Below the pieces are notes generated by a model. The model was not told the origin of the DNA, did no database searches, and saw nothing but the letters and a program-made list of their open reading frames with translations. From Eledone cirrhosa (taxonomy: Eukaryota): a stretch of DNA of 64,000 nt. The translations under genes and the position numbers were made by a program. Below, piece after piece: positions 10,901 to 25,900 of the stretch (positions within the stretch are counted from its first letter, which is position 1; each line of letters begins with the position of its first letter). The stretch is taken from positions 28,768,001 to 28,832,000 of the forward strand of contig OZ024758.1 of assembly GCA_964016885.1 (NCBI GenBank), given 5' to 3'.

Positions 10901-13900
10901 CTGCTCATTAATAAGACCCTAAGGTGCTAACGTCTCTGCAGGGTGTCTGCTCATTAATAAGACCCTAAGATGCTAACGTATCTGCAGGGTTGCTGCTCAT
11001 TAATAAAACCCTAACATGCTAACGTATCTTCAGGGTTGCTACTCATTAATAAGACCCTAACATGCTAACGTATCTGCAGGGTTGCTGCTCATTAATATGA
11101 CCCTAACATGCTAACGTATCTGCAGGGTTGTTGCTCATTAATAAGACGCTAAGGTGCTAACGTATCTGCAGGGTTGCTGCTCATTAATAAGACCCTAAGG
11201 TGCTAACGTATCTGCAGGATTGCTGCTCATTAATAAGACCCTAACATGCTAACGTATCTGCAGGGTTGCTGCTCATTAATAAGACCTTAAGGTGCTAACG
11301 TATCTGCAGGGTTGTTGCTCATTAATAACACCCTAAGGTGCTAACGTATCTGCAGGGTTGCTGCTCATTAATAACACCCTAAGGTGCTAACGTATCTGCA
11401 GGGTTCCTGCTCATTAATAAGACCCTAAGGTGATAACGTATCTGCAGGGTTGTTGCTCATTAATAACACCCTAAGGTGCTAACGTATCTGCAGGGTTGCT
11501 GCTCATTAATAAGACCCTAAGATCCTAACGTATCTGCAGGGTTGCGGCTCATTAATAAGACCCTAAGGTGCTAACGTATCTGCAGGGTTGCTGTTCATTA
11601 ATAACACCCTAAGGTGCTAACGTATCTGCAGGGTTGCTGCTCATTAATAAGACCCTAAGGTGCTAACGTATCTGCAGGGTTGCTGCTCATTAATAAGACC
11701 CTAAGATGCTAACGTATCTGCCGGGTTGCTGCTCATTAATAAGACCCTAACATGCTAACGTATCTGCAGGGTTGCTGCTCATTAATAAGACCCTAAAATG
11801 CTAACATATCTGCAGGGTTGCTGCTCATTAATAAGACCCTAAGATGCTAACGTATCTGCAGGGTTGCTGCTCATTAATAAGACCCTAAGGTGCTAACCTA
11901 TCTGCAGGGTTGCTGCTCATTAATAAGACCCTAACATGCTAATGTATCTGCAGGGTTGCTGCTCATTAATAAGACCCTAAGATGCTAACGTATCTGCGGG
12001 GTTGCTGCTCATTAATAAGACCCTAAGGTGCTAACGTATCTGCAGGGTTGCTGCTCATTAATAAGACCCTAAGGTGCTAACGTATCTGCAGGGTTGCTGC
12101 TCATTAATAAGACCTTAAGGTGCTAACGTATCTGCAGGGTTGCTGCTCATTAATAAGACCCTAACATGCTAACGTATCTGCAGGGTTGCTGCTCATTAAT
12201 AAGACCCTAAGATGCTAACGTATCTGCAGGGTTGCTGCTCATTAATAAGACCCTAACATGCTAACGTATCTGCAGGGTTGCTGCTCATTAATAAGACCCT
12301 AACATGCTAACGTATCTGCAGGGTGGCTGCTCATTAATAAGACCCTAACATGCTAACGTATCTGCAGGGTTGCTGCTCATTAATAAGACCCTAACATGCT
12401 AACGTATCTGCAGGGTTGCTGCTCATTAATAAGACCCTAAGATACTAATGTATCTGCAGGGTTGCTGCTCATTAATAAGACCCTAAGGTGCTAATGTATC
12501 TGCAGGGTTGCTGCTCATTAATAAGACCCTAAGGTGCTAACGTATCTGCAGGGTTGCTGCTCATTAATAAGACCCTAACATGCTAACGTATCTGCAGGGT
12601 TGCTGCTCATTAATAAGACCCTAAAATGCTAATGTATCTGCAGGGTTGCTGCTCATCAATAAGACCCTAACATGCTAACGTATCTGCAGGGTTGCTGCTC
12701 ATTAATATCACCCTAAGGTGCTAACGTATCTGCAGGGTTGCTGCTCATTAATAAGACCCTAACATGCTAACGTATCTGCAGGGTTGCTGCTCATTAATAT
12801 GACCCTAAGGTGCTAACGTATCTGCAGGGTTGCTGCTCATTAATAAGACCCTAACATGCTAACGTATCTGCAGGGTTGCTGCTCATTAATATGACCCTAA
12901 GGTACTAACGTATCTGCAGGGTTGCTGCTCATTAATAAGACCCCAACATGCTAATGTATCTGCAGGGTTGCTGCTCATTAATAAGACCCTAACATGCTAA
13001 CGTATCTGCAGGGTTGCTGCTCATTAATAAGACCCTAAGGTGCTAACGTATCTGCAGGGTTGCTGCTCAATAATAAGACCCTAAGGTGCTAACGTCTCTG
13101 CAGGGTTGCTGCTCATTAATAAGACCCTAAGGTGCTAACGTATCTGTAGGGTTGCTGCTCATTAATAAGACCCTAATGTGCTAAGGTATCTGCAGGGTTG
13201 CTGCTCATTAATAACACCCTAAGATGCTAACGTATCTGCAGGGTTGCTGCTCATTAATAAGACCCTAAGATGCTAACGTATCTGCAGGGTTGCTGCTCAT
13301 TAATAACACCCTAAGATGCTAACGTATCTGCAGGGTTGCTGCTCATTATTAAGACCCTAATGTGCTAACGTATCTGCAGGGTTGCTGCTCATTAATAACA
13401 CCCTAAGATGCTAACGTATCTGCAGGGTTGCTGCTCATTAATAAGACCCTAAGGTGCTAACGTATCTGCAGGGTTGCTGCTCATTAATAACACCCTAAGA
13501 TGCTAACGTATCTGCAGGGTTGCTGCTCATTAATAAGACCCTAACATGCTAACGTATCTGCAGGGTTGCTGCTCATTAATAAGACCCTAATGTGCTAACG
13601 TATCTGCAGGGTTGCTGCTCATTAATAAGACCCTAAAGTGCTAACGTATCTGCAGGATTGCTGCTCATTAATAACACCCTAAGGTGCGAACGTATCTGCA
13701 GGGTTGCTGCTCATTAATAAGACCCTAACATGCTAACGTATCTGCAGGGTTGCTGCTCATTAATAAGACCCTAAGGTGCTAATGTATCTGCAGGGTTACT
13801 GCTCATTAATAAGACCCTAAGATGCTAACGTATCTGCAGGGTTGCTGCTCATTAATAAGACCCTAAGGTGCTAACGTATCTGCAGGGTGTCTGCTCATTA

Positions 13901-16900
13901 ATAAGACCTAAGATGCTAACGTCTCTGCAGGGTTGCTGCTCATTAATAAGACCCTAAGGTGCGAACGTATCTGCAGGGTTGCTGCTCATTAATAAGATCC
14001 TAACATGCTAACGTATCTGCAGGGTTGCTGCTCATTAATAAGACCCTAAGGTGCTAACGTCTCTGCAGGGTGTCTGCTCATTAATAAGACCCTAAGGTGC
14101 TAACGTATCTGCAGGGTGTCTGCTCATTAATAAGACCTAAGATGCTAACGTCTCTGCAGGGTTGCTGCTCATTAATAAGACCCTAAGGTGCGAACGTATC
14201 TGCAGGGTTGCTGCTCATTAATAAGATCCTAACATGCTAACGTATCTGCAGGGTTGCTGCTCATTAATAAGACCCTAAGGTGCTAACGTCTCTGCAGGGT
14301 GTCTGCTCATTAATAAGACCCTAAGGTGCTAACGTATCTGCAGGGTTGCTGCTCATTAATAAGACCCCAACATGCTAACGTATCTGCAGGGTTGCTGCTC
14401 ATTAATATGACCCTAACATGCTAACGTATCTGCAGGGTTGCTGCTCATTAATAAGACCCTAAGGTGCTAACGTATCTGCAGGGTTGCTGCTCATTAATAA
14501 GACCCTAACATGCTAACGTATCTGCAGGGTTGCTGCTCATTAATAAGACCCTAACATGCTAACGTATCTGCAGGGTTACTGCTCATTAATAAGACCCTAG
14601 GGTGCTAACGTATCAGCAGGTTTGCTGCTCATTAATAAGACCCTAAGATGCTAACGTATCTGCAGGGTTGCTGCTCATTAATAAGACCCTAACATGCTAA
14701 CGTATCTGCAGGGTTGCTGCTCATTAATAAGACCCTAAGATGCTAACATATCTGCAGGGTTGCTGCTCATTAATAAGACCCTAAGGTGCTAACGTATCTG
14801 CAGGATTGCTGCTCATTAATAAGACCCTAACATGCTAACGTATCTGCAGGGTTGCTGCTCATTAATAAGACTCTAAGGTGCTAACGTATCTGCAGGGTTG
14901 CTGCTCATTAATAACACCCTAAGATGCTAACGTATCTGCAGGGTTGCTGCTCATTGATAAGTCCCTAAGGTGCTAACGTATCTGCAGGGTTGCTGCTCAT
15001 TAATAAACACCCTAAGATGCTAACGTATCTGCAGGGTTGCTGCTCATTAATAAGACCCTAACATGCTAACGTATCTGCAGGGTTGCTGCTCATTAATAAG
15101 ACCCTAATGTGCTAACGTATCTGCAGGGTTGCTGCTCATTAATAACACCCTAAGGTGCTAACGTATCTGCAGGGTTGCTGCTCATTAATAACACCCTAAG
15201 GTGCTAACGTATCTGCAGGGTTGCTTCTCATTAATAACACCCTAAGGTGCTAACGTATCTGCAGGGTTGCTGCTCATTAATAAGACCCTAACATGCTAAC
15301 GTATCTGCAGGGTTGCTGCTCATTAATAAGACCCTAAGGTGCTAATGTATCTGCAGGGTTACTGCTCATTAATAAGACCCTAAGATGCTAACGTATCTGC
15401 AGGGTTGCTGCTCATTAATAAGACCCTAAGGTGCTAACGTATCTGCAGGGTGTCTGCTCATTAATAAGACCTAAGATGCTAACGTCTCTGCAGGGTTGCT
15501 GCTCATTAATAAGACCCTAAGGTGCGAATGTATCTGCAGGGTTGCTGCTCATTAATAAGATCCTAACATGCTAACGTATCTGCAGGGTTGCTGCTCATTA
15601 ATAAGACCCTAAGGTGCTAACGTCTCTGCAGGGTGTCTGCTCATTAATAAGACCCTAAGATGCTAACGTATCTGCAGGGTTGCTGCTCATTAATAAAACC
15701 CTAACATGCTAACGTATCTTCAGGGTTGCTACTCATTAATAAGACCCTAACATGCTAACGTATCTGCAGGGTTGCTGCTCATTAATATGACCCTAACATG
15801 CTAACGTATCTGCAGGGTTGCTGCTCATTAATAAGACCCTAAGGTGCTAACGTATCTGCAGGGTTGCTGCTCATTAATAAGACCCTAAGGTGCTAACGTA
15901 TCTGCAGGATTGCTGCTCATTAATAAGACCCTAACATGCTAACGTATCTGCAGGGTTGCTGCTCATTAATAAGACCTTAAGGTGCTAACGTATCTGCAGG
16001 GTTGTTGCTCATTAATAACACCCTAAGGTGCTAACATATCTGCAGGGTTGCTGCTCATTAATAACACCCTAAGGTGCTAACGTATCTGCAGGGTTGCTGC
16101 TCATTAATAAGACCCTAAGGTGCTAACGTATCTGCAGGGTTGTTGCTCATTAATAACACCCTAAGGTGCTAACGTATCTGCAGGGTTGCTGCTCATAAAT
16201 AAGACCCTAAGATCCTAACGTATCTGCAGGGTTGCGGCTCATTAATAAGACCCTAAGGTGCTAACGTATCTGCAGGGTTGCTGTTCATTAATAACACCCT
16301 AAGGTGCTAACGTATCTGCAGGGTTGCTGCTCATTAATAAGACCCTAAGGTGCTAACGTATCTGCAGGGTTGCTGCTCATTAATAAGACCCTAACATGCT
16401 AACGTATCTGCAGGGTTGCTGCTCATTAATAAGACCCTAAAATGCTAACATATCTGCAGGGTTGCTGCTCATTAATAAGACCCTAAGATGCTAACGTATC
16501 TGCAGGGTTGCTGCTCATTAATAAGACCCTAAGGTGCTAACCTATCTGCAGGGTTGCTGCTCATTAATAAGACCCTAACATGCTAACGTATCTGCAGGGT
16601 TGCTGCTCAATAATAAGACCCTAAGGTGCTAACGTATCTGCAGGGTTGCTGCTCATTAATAAGACCCTAAGATGCTAACGTATCTGCGGGGTTGCTGCTC
16701 ATTAATAAGACCCTAAGGTGCTAACGTATCTGCAGGGTTGCTGCTCATTAATAAGACCCTTAGGTGCTAACGTATCTGCAGGGTTGCTGCTCATTAATAA
16801 GACCTTAAGGTGCTAACGTATCTGCAGGGTTGCTGCTCATTAATAAGACCCTAACATGCTAACGTATCTGCAGGGTTGCTGCTCATTAATAAGACCCTAA

Positions 16901-19900
16901 GGTGCTAACGTATCTGCAGGGTTGCTGCTCATTAATAAGACCCTAAGATGCTAACGTATCTGCAGGGTTGCTGCTCATTAATAAGACCCTAACATGCTAA
17001 CGTATCTGCAGGGTTGCTGCTCATTAATAAGACCCTAATGTGCTAACGTATCTGCAGGGTTGCTGCTCATTAATAAGACCTTAAGATGCTAACGTATCTG
17101 CAGGGTTGCTGCTCATTAATGAGACCCTAAGATGCTAACGTATCTGCAGGGTTGCTGCTCATTAATAAGACCCTAACATGCTAACGTATCTGCAGGGTTG
17201 CTGCTCATTAATAAGACCCTAAGATGCTAACGTATCTGCAGGGTTGCTGCTCATTAATAAGACCCTAACATGCTAACGTATCTGCATGGTTGCTGCTCAT
17301 TAATAAGACCCTAAGATGCTAACGTATCTGCAGGGTTGCTGCTCATTAATAACACCCTAAGATGCTAACGTATCTGCAGGGTTGCTGCTCATTATTAAGA
17401 CCCTAATGTGCTAACGTATCTGCAGGGTTGCTGCTCATTAATAACACCCTAAGATGCTAACGTATCTGCAGGGTTGCTGCTCATTAATAAGACCCTAAGG
17501 TGCTAACGTATCTGCAGGGTTGCTGCTCATTAATAACACCCTAAGATGCTAACGTATCTGCAGGGTTGCTGCTCATTAATAAGACCCTAACATGCTAACG
17601 TATCTGCAGGGTTGCTGCTCATTAATAAGACCCTAATGTGCTAACGTATCTGCAGGGTTGCTGCTCATTAATAAGACCCTAAAGTGCTAACGTATCTGCA
17701 GGGTTGCTGCTCATTAATAACACCCTAAGGTGCGAACGTATCTGCAGGGTTGCTGCTCATTAATAAGACCCTAACATGCTAACGTATCTGCAGGGTTGCT
17801 GCTCATTAATAAGACCCTAAGGTGCTAATGTATCTGCAGGGTTACTGCTCATTAATAAGACCCTAAGATGCTAACGTATCTGCAGGGTTGCTGCTCATTA
17901 ATAAGACCCTAAGGTATTAATGTATCTGCAGGGTGTCTGCTCATTAATAAGACCTAAGATGCTAACGTCTCTGCAGGGTTGCTGCTCATTAATAAGACCC
18001 TAAGGTGCGAACGTATCTGCAGGGTTGCTGCTCATTAATAAGATCCTAACATGCTAACGTATCTGCAGGGTTGCTGCTCATTAATAAGACCCTAAGATGC
18101 TAACGTATCTGCAGGGTTGCTGCTCATTAATAAAACCCTAACATGCTAACGTATCTTCAGGGTTGCTACTCATTAATAAGACCCTAACATGCTAACGTAT
18201 CTGCAGGGTTGCTGCTCATTAATATGACCCTAACATGCTAACGTATCTGCAGGGTTGCTGCTCATTAATAAGACCCTAGGGTGCTAACGTATCAGCAGGT
18301 TTGCTGCTCATTAATAAGACCCTAAGATGCTAACGTATCTGCAGGGTTGCTGCTCATTAATAAGACCCTAACATGCTAACGTATCTGCAGGGTTGCTGCT
18401 CATTAATAAGACCCTAAGATGCTAACGTATCTGCAGGGTTGCTGCTCATTAATAAGACCCTAAGGTGCTAACGTATCTGCAGGATTGCTGCTCATTAATA
18501 AGACCCTAACATGCTAACGTATCTGCAGGGTTGCTGCTCATTAATAAGACTCTAAGGTGCTAACGTATCTGCAGTGTTGCTGCTTATTAATAACACCCTA
18601 AGATGCTAACGTATCTGCAGGGTTGCTGCTCATTAATAAGACCCTAAGGTGCTAACGTATCTGCAGGGTTGCTGCTCATTAATAAACACCCTAAGATGCT
18701 AACGTATCTGCAGGGTTGCTGCTCATTAATAAGACCCTAACATGCTAACGTATCTGCAGGGTTGCTGCTCATTAATAAGACCCTAATGTGCTAACGTATC
18801 TGCAGGGTTGCTGCTCATTAATAACACCCTAAGGTGCTAACGTATCTGCAGGGTTGCTGCTCATTAATAAGACCCTAAGGTGCTAACGTATCAGCAGGGT
18901 TGCTGCTCATTAATAACACCCTAAGGTGCGAACGTATCTGCAGGGTTGCTGCTCATTAATAAGACCCTAACATGCTAACGTATCTGCAGGGTTGCTGCTC
19001 ATTAATAAGACCCTAAGGTGCTAATGTATCTGCAGGGTTACTGCTCATTAATAAGACCCTAAGATGCTAACGTATCTGCAGGGTTGCTGCTCATTAATAA
19101 GACCCTAAGGTGCTAACGTATCTGCAGGGTGTCTGCTCATTAATAAGACCTAAGATGCTAACGTCTCTGCAGGGTTGCTGCTCATTAATAAGACCCTAAG
19201 GTGCGAACGTATCTGCAGGGTTGCTGCTCATTAATAAGATCCTAACATGCTAACGTATCTGCAGGGTTGCTGCTCATTAATAAGACCCTAAGGTCCTAAC
19301 GTCTCTGCAGGGTGTCTGCTCATTAATAAGACCCTAACATGCTAACGTATCTGCAGGGTTGCTGCTCATTAATAAAACCCTAACATGCTAACGTATCTTC
19401 AGGGTTGCTACTCATTAATAAGACCCTAACATGCTAACGTATCTGCAGGGTTGCTGCTCATTAATATGACCCTAACATGCTAACGTATCTGCAGGGTTGC
19501 TGCTCATTAATAAGACCCTAAGGTGCTAACGTATCTGCAGGGTTGCTGCTCATTAATAAGACCCTAAGGTGCTAACGTATCTGCAGGATTGCTGCTCATT
19601 AATAAGACCCTAACATGCTAACGTATCTGCAGGGTTGCTGCTCATTAATAAGACCTTAAGGTGCTAACGTATCTGCAGGGTTGTTGCTCATTAATAACAC
19701 CCTAAGGTGCTAACGTATCTGCAGGGTTGCTGCTCATTAATAACACCCTAAGGTGCTAACGTATCTGCAGGGTTGCTGCTCATTAATAAGACCCTAAGGT
19801 GCTAACGTATCTGCAGGGTTGTTGCTCATTAATAACACCCTAAGGTGCTAACGTATCTGCAGGGTTGCTGCTCATTAATAAGACCCTAAGATCCTAACGT

Positions 19901-22900
19901 ATCTGCAGGGTTGCGGCTCATTAATAAGACCCTAAGGTGCTAATGTATCTGCAGGGTTGCTGCTCATTAATAAGACCCTAAGATCCTAACGTATCTGCAG
20001 GGTTGCTGCTCATTAATAAGACCCTAAGATCCTAACGTATCTGCAGGGTTGCTGCTCATTAATAAGACCCTAAGGTGCTAACGTATCTGCAGGGTTGCTG
20101 CTCATTAATAAGACCCTAAGATGCTAACGTATCTGCCGGGTTGCTGCTCATTAATAAGACCCTAACATGCTAACGTATCTGCAGGGTTGCTGCTCATTAA
20201 TAAGACCCTAAGATGCTAACATATCTGCAGGGTTGCTGCTCATTAATAAGACCCTAAGGTGCTAACCTATCTGCAGGGTTGCTGCTCATTAATAAGACCC
20301 TAACATGCTAACGTATCTGCAGGGTTGCTGCTCATTAATAAGACCCTAAGGTGCTAACGTATCTGCAGGTTTGCTGCTCATTAATAAGACCCTAAGATGC
20401 TAACGTATCTGCAGGGTTGCTGCTCATTAATAAGACCCTAACATGCTAACGTATCTGCAGGGTTGCTGCTCATTAATAAGACCCTAAGATGCTAACGTAT
20501 CTGCAGGGTTGCTGCTCATTAATAAGACCCTAAGGTGCTAACGTATCTGCAGGATTGCTGCTCATTAATAAGACCCTAACATGCTAACGTATCTGCAGGG
20601 TTGCTGCTCATTAATAAGACTCTAAGGTGCTAACGTATCTGCAGGGTTGCTGCTCATTAATAACACCCTAAGATGCTAACGTATCTGCAGGGTTGCTGCT
20701 CATTAATAAGACCCTAAGGTGCTAACGTATCTGCAGGGTTGCTGCTCATTAATAAACACCCTAAGATGCTAACGTATCTGCAGGGTTGCTGCTCATTAAT
20801 AAGACCCTAACATGCTAACGTATCTGCAGGGTTGCTGCTCATTAATAAGACCCTAATGTGCTAACGTATCTGCAGGGTTGCTGCTCATTAATAACACCCT
20901 AAGGTGCTAACGTATCTGCAGGGTTGCTGCTCATTAATAAGACCCTAAGGTGCTAACGTATCTGCAGGGTTGCTGCTCATTAATAACACCCTAAGGTGCG
21001 AACGTATCTGCAGGGTTGCTGCTCATTAATAAGACCCTAACATGCTAACGTATCTGCAGGGTTGCTGCTCATTAATATGACCCTAACATGCTAACGTATC
21101 TGCAGGGTTGCTGCTCATTAATAAGACCCTAAGGTGCTAACGTATCTGCAGGGTTGCTGCTCATTAATAAGACCCTAAGGTGCTAACGTATCTGCAGGAT
21201 TGCTGCTCATTAATAAGACCCTAACATGCTAACGTATCTGCAGGGTTGCTGCTCATTAATAAGACCTTAAGGTGCTAACGTATCTGCAGGGTTGTTGCTC
21301 ATTAATAACACCCTAAGGTGCTAACGTATCTGCAGGGTTGCTGCTCATTAATAACACACTAAGGTGCTAACGTATCTGCAGGGTTGCTGCTCATTAATAA
21401 GACCCTAAGGTGCTAACGTATCTGCAGGGTTGTTGCTCATTAATAACACCCTAAGGTGCTAACGTATCTGCAGGGTTGCTGCTCATTAATAAGACCCTAA
21501 CATCCTAACGTATCTGCAGGGTTGCGGCTCATTAATAAGACCCTAAGGTGCTAACGTATCTGCAGGGTTGCTGTTCATTAATAACACCCTAAGGTGCTAA
21601 CGTATCTGCAGGGTTGCTGCTCATTAATAAGACCCTAAGGTGCTAACGTATCTGCAGGGTTGCTGCTCATTAATAAGACCCTAAGATGCTAACGTATCTG
21701 CCGAGGTTGCTGCTCATTAATAAGACCCTAACATGCTAACGTATCTGCAGGGTTGCTGCTCATTAATAAGACCCTAAAATGCTAACATATCTGCAGGGTT
21801 GCTGCTCATTAATAAGACCCTAAGATGCTAACGTATCTGCAGGGTTTCTGCTCATTAATAACACCCTAATGTGCTAACCTATCTGCAGGGTTGCTGCTCA
21901 TTAATAAGACCCTAACATGCTAACGTATCTGCAGGGTTGCTGCTCATTAATAAGACCCTAAGGTGCTAACGTATCTGCAGGTTTGCTACTCATTAATAAG
22001 ACCCTAAGATGCTAACGTATCTGCAGGGTTGCTGCTCATTAATAAGACCCTAACATGCTAACGTATCTGCAGGGTTGCTGCTCATTAATAAGACCCTAAG
22101 ATGCTAACGTATCTGCAGGGTTGCTGCTCATTAATAAGACCCTAAGGTGCTAACGTATCTGCAGGATTGCTGCTCATTAATAAGACCCTAACATGCTAAC
22201 GTATCTGCAGGGTTGCTGCTCATTAATAAGACTCTAAGGTGCTAACGTATCTGCAGGGTTGCTGCTCATTAATAACACCCTAAGATGCTAACGTATCTGC
22301 AGGTTTGCTGCTCATTAATAAGACCCTAAGGTGCTAACGTATCTGCAGGGTTGCTGCTCATTAATAAACACCCTAAGATGCTAACGTATCTGCAGGGTTG
22401 CTGCTCATTAATAAGACCCTAACATGCTAACGTATCTGCAGGGTTGCTGCTCATTAATAAGACCCTAATGTGCTAACGTATCTGCAGGGTTGCTGCTCAT
22501 TAATAACACCCTAAGGTGCTAACGTATCTGCAGGGTTGCTGCTCATTAATAAGACCCTAAGGTGCTAACGTATCTGCAGGGTTGCTGCTCATTAATAACA
22601 CCCTAAGGTGCGAACGTATCTGCAGGGTTGCTGCTCATTAATAAGACCCTAACATGCTAACGTATCTGCAGGGTTGCTGCTCATTAATAAGACCCTAAGG
22701 TGCTAATGTATCTGCAGGGTTACTGCTCATTAATAAGACCCTAAGATGCTAACGTATCTGCAGGGTTGCTGCTCATTAATAAGACCCTAAGGTGCTAACG
22801 TATCTGCAGGGTGTCTGCTCATTAATAAGACCTAAGATGCTAACGTATCTGCAGGGTTGCTGCTCATTAATAAGACCCTAAGGTGCGAACGTATCTGCAG

Positions 22901-25900
22901 GGTTGCTGCTCATTAATAAGATCCTAACATGCTAACGTATCTGCAGGGTTGCTGCTCATTAATAAGACCCTAAGGTCCTAACGTCTCTGCAGGGTGTCTG
23001 CTCATTAATAAGACCCTAACATGCTAACGTATCTGCAGGGTTGCTGCTCATTAATAAAACCCTAACATGCTAACGTATCTTCAGGGTTGCTACTCATTAA
23101 TAAGACCCTAACATGCTAACGTATCTGCAGGGTTGCTGCTCATTAATATGACCCTAACATGCTAACGTATCTGCAGGGTTGCTGCTCATTAATAAGACCC
23201 TAAGGTGCTAACGTATCTGCAGGGTTGCTGCTCATTAATAAGACCCTAAGGTGCTAACGTATCTGCAGGATTGCTGCTCATTAATAAGACCCTAACATGC
23301 TAACGTATCTGCAGGGTTGCTGCTCATTAATAAGACCTTAAGGTGCTAACGTATCTGCAGGGTTGTTGCTCATTAATAACACCCTAAGGTGCTAACGTAT
23401 CTGCAGGGTTGCTGCTCATTAATAACACCCTAAGGTGCTAACGTATCTGCAGGGTTGCTGCTCATTAATAAGACCCTAAGGTGCTAACGTATCTGCAGGG
23501 TTGTTGCTCATTAATAACACCCTAAGGTGCTAACGTATCTGCAGGGTTGCTGCTCATTAATAAGACCCTAAGATCCTAACGTATCTGCAGGGTTGCGGCT
23601 CATTAATAAGACCCTAAGGTGCTAATGTATCTGCAGGGTTGCTGCTCATTAATAAGACCCTAAGATCCTAACGTATCTGCAGGGTTGCTGCTCATTAATA
23701 AGACCCTAAGATCCTAACGTATCTGCAGGGTTGCTGCTCATTAATAAGACCCTAAGGTGCTAACGTATCTGCAGGGTTGCAGCTCATTAATAAGACCCTA
23801 AGATGCTAACGTATCTGCCGGGTTGCTGCTCATTAATAAGACCCTAACATGCTAACGTATCTGCAGGGTTGCTGCTCATTAATAAGACCCTAAGATGCTA
23901 ACGTATCTGCAGGGTTGCTGCTCATTAATAAGACCCTAAGGTGCTAACCTATCTGCAGGGTTGCTGCTCATTAATAAGACCCTAACATGCTAACGTATCT
24001 GCAGGGTTGCTGCTCATTAATAAGACCCTAAGGTGCTAACGTATCTGCAGGTTTGCTGCTCATTAATAAGACCCTAAGATGCTAACGTATCTGCAGGGTT
24101 GCTGCTCATTAATAAGACCCTAACATGCTAACGTATCTGCAGGGTTGCTGCTCATTAATAAGACCCTAAGATGCTAACGTATCTGCAGGGTTGCTGCTCA
24201 TTAATAAGACCCTAAGGTGCTAACGTATCTGCAGGATTGCTGCTCATTAATAAGACCCTAACATGCTAACGTATCTGCAGGGTTGCTGCTCATTAATAAG
24301 ACTCTAAGGTGCTAACGTATCTGCAGGGTTGCTGCTCATTAATAACACCCTAAGATGCTAACGTATCTGCAGGGTTGCTGCTCATTAATAAGACCCTAAG
24401 GTGCTAACGTATCTGCAGGGTTGCTGCTCATTAATAAACACCCTAAGATGCTAACGTATCTGCAGGGTTGCTGCTCATTAATAAGACCCTAACATGCTAA
24501 CGTATCTGCAGGGTTGCTGCTCATTAATAAGACCCTAATGTGCTAACGTATCTGCAGGGTTGCTGCTCATTAATAACACCCTAAGGTGCTAACGTATCTG
24601 CAGGGTTGCTGCTCATTAATAAGACCCTAAGGTGCTAACGTATCTGCAGGGTTGCTGCTCATTAATAACACCCTAAGGTGCGAACGTATCTGCAGGGTTG
24701 CTGCTCATTAATAAGACCCTAACATGCTAACGTATCTGCAGGGTTGCTGCTCATTAATATGACCCTAACATGCTAACGTATCTGCAGGGTTGCTGCTCAT
24801 TAATAAGACCCTAAGGTGCTAACGTATCTGCAGGGTTGCTGCTCATTAATAAGACCCTAAGGTGCTAACGTATCTGCAGGATTGCTGCTCATTAATAAGA
24901 CCCTAACATGCTAACGTATCTGCAGGGTTGCTGCTCATTAATAAGACCTTAAGGTGCTAACGTATCTGCAGGGTTGTTGCTCATTAATAACACCCTAAGG
25001 TGCTAACGTATCTGCAGGGTTGCTGCTCATTAATAACACCCTAAGGTGCTAACGTATCTGCAGGGTTGCTGCTCATTAATAAGACCCTAAGGTGCTAACG
25101 TATCTGCAGGGTTGTTGCTCATTAATAACACCCTAAGGTGCTAACGTATCTGCAGGGTTGCTGCTCATTAATAAGACCCTAACATCCTAACGTATCTGCA
25201 GGGTTGCGGCTCATTAATAAGACCCTAAGGTGCTAACGTATCTGCAGGGTTGCTGTTCATTAATAACACCCTAAGGTGCTAACGTATCTGCAGGGTTGCT
25301 GCTCATTAATAAGACCCTAAGGTGCTAACGTATCTGCAGGGTTGCTGCTCATTAATAAGACCCTAAGATGCTAACGTATCTGCCGAGGTTGCTGCTCATT
25401 AATAAGACCATAACATGCTAACGTATCTGCAGGGTTGCTGCTCATTAATAAGACCCTAAAATGCTAACATATCTGCAGGGTTGCTGCTCATTAATAAGAC
25501 CCTAAGATGCTAACGTATCTGCAGGGTTTCTGCTCATTAATAACACCCTAATGTGCTAACCTATCTGCAGGGTTGCTGCTCATTAATAAGACCCTAACAT
25601 GCTAACGTATCTGCAGGGTTGCTGCTCATTAATAAGACCCTAAGGTGCTAACGTATCTGCAGGTTTGCTGCTCATTAATAAGACCCTAAGATGCTAACGT
25701 ATCTGCAGGGTTGCTGCTCATTAATAAGACCCTAACATGCTAACGTATCTGCAGGGTTGCTGCTCATTAATAAGACCCTAAGATGCTAACGTATCTGCAG
25801 GGTTGCTGCTCATTAATAAGACCCTAAGGTGCTAACATATCTGCAGGATTGCTGCTCATTAATAAGACCCTAACATGCTAACGTATCTGCAGGGTTGCTG

